This document shows, piece after piece, positions 25,501 through 30,667 of a stretch of 30,667 nt of DNA. The stretch covers positions 1 through 30,667 of the forward strand of contig JBMFOP010000032.1 of the NCBI GenBank assembly GCA_049969675.1, given 5' to 3'. A program made the translations under genes and the position numbers. Below the pieces are notes generated by a model. The model was not told where the DNA came from. It did no database searches and saw nothing but the letters and a program-made list of their open reading frames with translations. This DNA comes from Myxococcota bacterium. GTDB lineage: Bacteria > Myxococcota > SpSt-1050. Position 1 is the stretch's first letter. Each line of letters starts with the position of its first letter.

Positions 25501-28297
25501 CTGTCTTTGAGGTAATACCAATAATAAAAGGAGAATTATAGATGGTCTTTGAGGTAGTGATGGTATTAAAATATCCATTCGGGTCTGTATAGCCAGCCTC
25601 AATATTCAAAACAAATGGTCTTTCGAATGCCTGCCTGATTGGTATCTCAGCCTTAAATCTTCCAAATTCATCAGTCTTCACCTGTATCTGCTCGGGCAGA
25701 TTGGGAGGAGTTCTTCTAATGCTCTCCTCCTCATCTGTGTACTCAACCCCCTCTAAAAATCCCTCTTCATAATCCAGATTGGGCTTTTGAATCCCGGCCT
25801 TTACCTTTCCTCTGGAGAACTCGTAATTATTGTATCGTCTGTCTGAAAAGGAAAAGGTGTCAAGAAATCTATATCTCAATGTAATCTGCAGGTCATTTGC
25901 AGGTGCACCCATCAGATAGTTGAATATACCTTCTACATTCACCCTCTTCTCATCTGAATCTTTGACTATAAGTTCACCTTTGATTAACGGAACCTTAAAC
26001 TCCTCTACAAGGAAACTCCCACCATCAAATTCACATTTAGAATTTATAGCAGAGTCATATGGACAATCAGAGTAGGTGATTTTATAATGTCCGGTGCTGG
26101 CATCCTTTGGAACATCCCATTTTAGAAATGTTGAATAGTTATCATCCCAGTTGATACTATACTCCCAGACCTTGTCTGTGCCAGTATGTCTAATCTTTAT
26201 CTTTCCCGGCAAATCCTCTCTCAACGGGAAGATAATATCCCTCGGAGTCTTCTTTCTAAAGTACCCAACTATATGTAGAGTCTCTCCTGCGCGGAGAAGA
26301 TTTCTGCTTAAAACCGAATGAACTGCATATTTACTCATATTCCAACTCTTATAAATATTAAATCTATAAGACTCGAGCCCCTTATCCCAGTTTGAACATA
26401 CAAAGGAGAAATCTGACTGATATCTGGCAGTTACAATCAGTCCCGATTCAAGGAAGTTAGCAGAATCTCTATAGCCGAACTCCCCAGAAGAATGTCTGCA
26501 ATCAGGGAGTATATCATCAGGCGGAAGTTTTTTATCAATGTAGAGCACCCCATTTTTATCTGTGACACCAGAATAATGTTCATTCCCTTCACAATCAAAT
26601 ACTTTTATTGATGCGCCCTCTACAGGCAAGCCATCTGATAATCCTGTTACGAAGACGAGGGAACTATCTCTACCTCTCTTGAATGTAACAGCCATATTGG
26701 TTACAAGGACGGTTGAGTGTAGATATGCCTTCTCCCCTTCGCTATTTTTATTCTCACCTACCAGATAATCAGAGAATGCACTGCTCTCTACCTCAAGGAG
26801 ATATAGTCCATATTTCTTAAAAGGAATTCCAATAACGGTAGATTCTTTGAAATTTGCTAAGTCTGGAATATCCTTCTCCTCATATTCTATATTCTCCTTC
26901 TGAAAATAACTCTCTTTATAATTGTTGTAATCTAAATGGTTTATAATCTCAAATATCCTCTTCTCAGGTATATCGGAGAGGTTCTGGCTTCTAAACTTTA
27001 TCTCAGGCAAGATAAAAGTCTTATCAGCACTCACTACCCTCTCCTCCTTCTTTGTCCAGAAGAATAAGGATTTTATAAACTCCCATATCCTTGCAAAGAT
27101 GGAGAGTCTCTTCTGTTCTACTCTATGCTCAATACTATCTCCAAATGTAGTAGCACGAATCTTGAGATTTTTATCCAGACCCCTTACAGTTACTGGCAAT
27201 ATCGCCTCACCATCTATCATCTCAATAATTCCAAAGTTTGAGGCAAATTTTAGTAGTGGTGGCATTCTGTCGGTGTTGAACTCGAGGGGAAACCTGTCTG
27301 CATTTACTGGCTTACGACCATAGATATCCACCACATCTTCAGGTATATACAACTTATATTTATGTTCAGACTTAAATGGAGGTTCAAAGGATATTGAATG
27401 TACAATCTCATTAAACTCCTTTGGCTCAACAGGAGAGACTCTGTGCCCATTCTCATCAATTAGATAAAATCTTCTGGCATACTTTACCTCTATAGGCAAT
27501 GAAAAATCTACTCTAATAGGAGAAATGGGGATACACCCCTTTTTGGCTGATTCCCTCTCACAGGAGAGTTCAATCTTGAATCCGTCCATTACTTTATATT
27601 CAAATATCTGAGCAAAGCCAGAAGAGAGTTTAGATTTTGATTCAATATTATCAAATACAACCTTTATCTCCTCTCCATCAGCAAATGTTGTCTTCGGTTT
27701 TATTGCAAAATAGGATGGACTGACCTCTTTTAAGTGTGGATATATCTCTTTGATTAAATTCTCGGTATCTTCTCTGCTCAAGAGAATGGCACCTATTGAA
27801 TTTGCCACCTGTTTTCTTAAAAAGTATATCTTTTTAATGTTTTTCTCAATGTCCACCTCGCCATTAAAAGAGAAGAGAAATATCTCATCATTTCTAATCT
27901 CCTGATAAACATTTGGAAGAATATTATTTACAATCACGACATCTGTATCAAATTGAAAGGATTGCCTACCCAGGTACCGTTCACCATCTAAAGATTTAAT
28001 ATCTCCCTTTAATTCCACATTGCACTTTAATCCAGCCGGAAGTGGTTTATCAAACCTGAAGATGAATAGTGATGGCTCCTCCCAGATTCCAGTTCCATTC
28101 TTCATATCAGCACAGTCAATGGATTTGATTGGATTGTAATTGTATGTTGGGTCACCGAGTGGCGCTATATTTTTGGAGAACCTCAACCTTATCTCAGTAG
28201 GGCTCCTCGCCCTATTCTTCGGGAAGAATTCAACCTCAAATGAATAGAGATTGGTGGCAGAGATTAAAATAAAAATAATGTAAAATGTCTTTTTCAT
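22502..28297 (-). CDS. Bacterial alpha-2-macroglobulin family protein (MG2/A2M domains, thioester)
   Basis: 1931 aa with an N-terminal signal peptide and Ig-like region. Motifs LVTNMAV, R...RAGET.H, F.VEEFK.P, DK..Y..GE, VDEGLL, LNDSITSFRI, CLEQ, G..I.R and G.F..PP.RVE.MY.P. AGGAG SD overlaps the pbpC stop. Confidence 0.93.
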   Translation of the reverse strand: MKKTFYIIFILISATNLYSFEVEFFPKNRARSPTEIRLRFSKNIAPLGDPTYNYNPIKSIDCADMKNGTGIWEEPSLFIFRFDKPLPAGLKCNVELKGDIKSLDGERYLGRQSFQFDTDVVIVNNILPNVYQEIRNDEIFLFSFNGEVDIEKNIKKIYFLRKQVANSIGAILLSREDTENLIKEIYPHLKEVSPSYFAIKPKTTFADGEEIKVVFDNIESKSKLSSGFAQIFEYKVMDGFKIELSCERESAKKGCIPISPIRVDFSLPIEVKYARRFYLIDENGHRVSPVEPKEFNEIVHSISFEPPFKSEHKYKLYIPEDVVDIYGRKPVNADRFPLEFNTDRMPPLLKFASNFGIIEMIDGEAILPVTVRGLDKNLKIRATTFGDSIEHRVEQKRLSIFARIWEFIKSLFFWTKKEERVVSADKTFILPEIKFRSQNLSDIPEKRIFEIINHLDYNNYKESYFQKENIEYEEKDIPDLANFKESTVIGIPFKKYGLYLLEVESSAFSDYLVGENKNSEGEKAYLHSTVLVTNMAVTFKRGRDSSLVFVTGLSDGLPVEGASIKVFDCEGNEHYSGVTDKNGVLYIDKKLPPDDILPDCRHSSGEFGYRDSANFLESGLIVTARYQSDFSFVCSNWDKGLESYRFNIYKSWNMSKYAVHSVLSRNLLRAGETLHIVGYFRKKTPRDIIFPLREDLPGKIKIRHTGTDKVWEYSINWDDNYSTFLKWDVPKDASTGHYKITYSDCPYDSAINSKCEFDGGSFLVEEFKVPLIKGELIVKDSDEKRVNVEGIFNYLMGAPANDLQITLRYRFLDTFSFSDRRYNNYEFSRGKVKAGIQKPNLDYEEGFLEGVEYTDEEESIRRTPPNLPEQIQVKTDEFGRFKAEIPIRQAFERPFVLNIEAGYTDPNGYFNTITTSKTIYNSPFIIGITSKTDREKKEVNVKVVLLDREGKTVSGEEVIVNLYQKISYAHRKKVLGGYYSYEHLTEIKEPQEICRGKTDSNGILECKRRIEKGGDYILEALSGDNKRGISATKRSIYIFQYDENKWFDYASDSDRIDIFLDKDEYKAGEDIKIRVVSPFERCTALITVEQSGILNYFVQEFTSREPIITLKAEPDYAPNVVISVVLVRGRLSSPPPRFLIDLAKPSIKMGLSEVNIDKSKYRLDVNIKTDKKRYLVREDVNGNVEVRGANSDANLVLIVVDEGLLNLMENPTYDILNNIIKPVPYDVNTSSGLIQVVGRRHFGKKALPSGGGGGRLVTRELFDTLIYFNPSIKLKDGKAKFKFKLNDSITSFRIVAIVTSGSNKFGMAHKNIESERELFINSSIPYFAREGDKFDAEFVIKNIMDKEYNLDIRGNVTFYSNKNELGLEKLNIQGIKIEKGGNKKIAFPISIIENADEAKYHIEIIEGNRIIDSINVTQKIVESVPMRVVQSSFFRFKRSFKIDDKDTTKRDRKRRISLSFMNNLSGTGEVLKRYRGYSLSCLEQKISYAVVSNDLEFYNRLMNEINLYVDDNGLLKYYPSSKEGSPFLTAYILEITNLGGLELPYSIKIRTVDALKNFVMGKLSSRYFYSAGTKNIERIYALSAIRENIPDPVELMGALNPNISELPLSTLVDIGNVVPNRRDIFNAILSSFEEKGGAYFIRSDNKNNLWWLMRSEDEAFARSLIYFINNKGNDTMIGKMVKGLLNRFERGYLYNTTANAYAAVALRLFEKRYKNTIKESDLTVFYRCHQYKVGVKSDFVEQTFLFKINRDNSILGGEILPDCIERKNDELSFEDKNNDYWLRMLFEEESVPDNPVFKGFKITRELMDESGKKKVEFRQGELVKVRITVEADSYYNNVVIIDPLITGSQVIGRISKEAPEYVDYFWDYTYSDVRDGYLRTYYEYPYSKKIIYEYSVRLNTKGYFNIPPTRVELMYMPDIYGELPNSPIEVR

Positions 28298-28306
28298 ATG
28301 TTACTC

Positions 28307-30430
28307 CTATCTTACTTCATATTCTGAACTATAAATTCTATTCCCGAGAGTATCCATAAGATGAAGGATATGTCTCCCCTTTGAAATATCCAGAATAAAG
28401 ACTCCGCCTTCCTGTTTGAGTATTTCACCATCATAAATAAGAGAGCACTTCTGGCAGTTTGTATATACAAAGAGCTTCTGTTGACCTGATGGGATTTCGG
28501 GGTCGTACGCAAAGATAGATTTGTCTGGTGGATATAGAATAGAAGGAGATCTGCTATTGACAATGCGAATAATTCCATCCTCGGGTTCTGTATCTTTTAT
28601 AAAGATTTCTACCCTCTCTGGTTCAATCTCAGGTTCATATTTAATCTTCTTCTTTACCAATCCCTGTGGAGTTTCATCCTTAGATGAGCCTCTCCCTTTA
28701 TGCAGTTCCTTCATCAGTGCAAACCATATCTGTGATGCCCCGTGAGAGCCAGAGATGTTGTACATAGGCTCCCCTGAAAAGTTTCCTGTCCAGACACCAA
28801 CTGTATACCTGTCAGAGAACCCCACGCACCAGTTGTCCCTCATATCCTTGCTGGTCCCTGTCTTGACTGCTGTGTAAAATGGGGTTGAGAGTGTATTCTC
28901 AAGGTCAAATGTAACAGACCTTGCATCTCTATCAGAGAGTATATCTTTGATTATATAAACGGCTCTCTTATCAAGAAGGACCCTCTCGGAAGAACTCTCA
29001 CCTGCTCTGATTTTCAAATCCTTATAGAGACCGTTATTTGCGAGCATCATATATGCTCTGGTGAGCTGCAATAGGGAGACATCCAGAGTCCCGAGTGCCA
29101 GAGACTCACCATAATAATCCTCAATTACATTAGCGAAGTCTGGTTCAAATCCTATCTCCTTTAAGTGAGAGGTATATCTATCCACACCGGCCAGTAAAAT
29201 CGCCCTGATTGCAGGGATATTGAGTGAAGATGCAAGGGCAGTTCTGACAGAGACATAACCTTTGTAAGTTCTATCGTAATTCTGAGGAGAATATACAGAT
29301 CCATTCTTTCCAATGAATACTGGAAAGTCCTCCAGAACAGACGCCGATGTCAGAACTTTTCTCTCTATAAGGTATTCATATAGAAAGGGCTTGAGGGTTG
29401 AGCCAGCCTGTCTTCTGGCGGTTATCCCATCTATGTATTTAGCCTTTGAGTGCTCAAGTGAATTTGGGATATATGCAACTATCTCACCACTCTTATTCTC
29501 GGCTACAATCAGTGCGGCATCCGTCAGATTTCTGGATTTGAGCTGAGATACAAATGACCTGACTATCTCTATAGCCTTCTTCTGAATGTCTATATCTATT
29601 GTGGTCACTACAGGTGAATTGTATTTAATAAGCAGTTTATCTGAAAGCACAGGGAGATAGGAATAGTTATGTTTGAAATTATATCTGTCTGGTAGATTGT
29701 TAATTGCATCAAGCAGTCTCTCCTCTTTTATGTTGAGATTAAATCGCTTATTCACATTCTTTGCAATATTTGTCAGTTTCTCTCTTTCTGCAGAGGGCTT
29801 TTTGATAAGTGAGAGTAAAATTAAAGAATCTATATCATTTAAGAATTCTGGGGACTTATCAAAGAGTATCAGTGAGGCGGTGAATATCCCGACTATCTCC
29901 CCCCTGATGGGGACTGTATTTAGATATGCCTCCAGAATTTCATCCTTTTCCCATCTTAGTTCCAGAATAATTGAATAGTATATCTCCTTAATTTTACGAA
30001 TTATTAAATTTCCATTCTTGAGTCTCATATAATTTCTTATAAATTGCATATCTATTGTGCTGGCGCCCCGCATCCTCTTATTTATTATAAAGTCTTTTAT
30101 CGCAGAGGCGATGGAAATAAAATCAATCCCGATATGTGAATAGAATCTTCTGTCCTCAGAACTTATAAGTAGATTCAAAAAATTCCTGTTGACCTCTTTT
30201 ACTCTGGCATATCCGATCTGTCTAAAATTAAAATCTGTCCTCGCCTCTGAGAGGGGATAATAATTTCTATCAAGTACGATGCCATCCGATGGTTTGAAAT
30301 ATTCGTACTTAAACTTCTTATAGTCTGGAAATGTAGTTAATGAGTGGATAAATAGAAGAATAGGTAAAGAAATTATTACAATCCAGCAAACCCTTTTTTT
30401 ATAAAATAACCACCTTATAATAGGTTCCAT
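28307..30430 (-). CDS. pbpC: Penicillin-binding protein 1C (bifunctional transglycosylase/transpeptidase)
   Basis: N-terminal TM. TG motifs SEDRRFYSHIGID and GASTIDMQ. TP motifs RQAGSTLKPF (SxxK), SLN (SxN) and KTGTS. C-terminal ILYPPD PBP1C domain. Linked to A2M. Start placed at ATG 30430; the track's TTG 30466 is possible. Confidence 0.93.
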   Translation of the reverse strand: MEPIIRWLFYKKRVCWIVIISLPILLFIHSLTTFPDYKKFKYEYFKPSDGIVLDRNYYPLSEARTDFNFRQIGYARVKEVNRNFLNLLISSEDRRFYSHIGIDFISIASAIKDFIINKRMRGASTIDMQFIRNYMRLKNGNLIIRKIKEIYYSIILELRWEKDEILEAYLNTVPIRGEIVGIFTASLILFDKSPEFLNDIDSLILLSLIKKPSAEREKLTNIAKNVNKRFNLNIKEERLLDAINNLPDRYNFKHNYSYLPVLSDKLLIKYNSPVVTTIDIDIQKKAIEIVRSFVSQLKSRNLTDAALIVAENKSGEIVAYIPNSLEHSKAKYIDGITARRQAGSTLKPFLYEYLIERKVLTSASVLEDFPVFIGKNGSVYSPQNYDRTYKGYVSVRTALASSLNIPAIRAILLAGVDRYTSHLKEIGFEPDFANVIEDYYGESLALGTLDVSLLQLTRAYMMLANNGLYKDLKIRAGESSSERVLLDKRAVYIIKDILSDRDARSVTFDLENTLSTPFYTAVKTGTSKDMRDNWCVGFSDRYTVGVWTGNFSGEPMYNISGSHGASQIWFALMKELHKGRGSSKDETPQGLVKKKIKYEPEIEPERVEIFIKDTEPEDGIIRIVNSRSPSILYPPDKSIFAYDPEIPSGQQKLFVYTNCQKCSLIYDGEILKQEGGVFILDISKGRHILHLMDTLGNRIYSSEYEVR

Positions 30431-30593
30431 AGGATTAAAGATGATATATGTTCTATTATCTGTCAAATAAAAAAATCATAACCTATTGGCAATACACCAA
30501 AACACCAATGAAGACGCGGTGTCAAATACTTTTTTATTTTACTGAAAAAATAAAAACTTATTCATATCTATATGCTATATGGGATATTTTTTG

Positions 30594-30621
30594 CAGTCAT
30601 CAGTCCACAGTCAACAGCCCA
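30594..30621. repeat. Four degenerate tandem heptamers
   Basis: CAGTCAT CAGTCCA CAGTCAA CAGCCCA. Confidence 0.5.
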
Positions 30622-30667
30622 TATTATAATAAATTCTGGTTGACCTATCAGTAGTAATATGAGATAT

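Noticed and set aside
1740..29978. Numerous short ORFs in the track that are antisense or out of frame within the long genes (e.g. 2957-3229, 5623-5934, 13022-13450, 14498-15028, 15759-16118, 23295-23594, 29673-29978)
   Set aside because: They are wholly or largely nested in well-supported genes, carry no recognisable motifs and have the composition of shadow ORFs.
30520..30525. Second minus-strand TTGACA as the pbpC promoter
   Set aside because: No plausible -10 hexamer lies 16-18 bp downstream.
30594..30621. CRISPR array or iteron set
   Set aside because: The units are only 7 bp and contiguous, with no spacers and no cas or rep genes.
30448..30654. 68-aa + strand ORF at the window end
   Set aside because: AT-rich intergenic sequence with no SD or motif, overlapping the pbpC upstream region.

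Overview
Chromosomal window from a low-GC bacterium that looks like a deltaproteobacterial or Myxococcota-related lineage (RomX-like gene, TM Ser/Thr kinase with WD40 repeats, ndk-rlmN-mtnP block). Frequent AGG/AGA/ATA codons hint at a thermophile. Bases 1-775 are the decayed end of an accessory element: two fused DNA-methyltransferase fragments followed by a degenerate integron attC-like site. Bases 1038-12645 hold a long, tightly packed + strand operon: sdhD-sdhC-sdhA-sdhB (apparently di-heme, anchor genes in reversed order), sucCD, korDABC, ndk, rlmN, mtnP and a MenA-like prenyltransferase. A - strand romX-like/rluD/rlmI-like operon with a consensus sigma70 promoter follows. After it come a long acyl-CoA dehydrogenase with tandem palindromic operators, a divergent GT-C-like membrane protein, a kinase-TM-WD40 protein, and a convergent pbpC plus alpha-2-macroglobulin pair with an intact CLEQ thioester motif. 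No rRNA, tRNA, CRISPR array, transposase or integrase was seen. I found no clearly novel multi-gene system. The best leads are the attC/methyltransferase remnant, the RomX homolog, the atypical SQR-centred operon and the kinase architecture. All family calls come from motif recognition by eye, not database searches.
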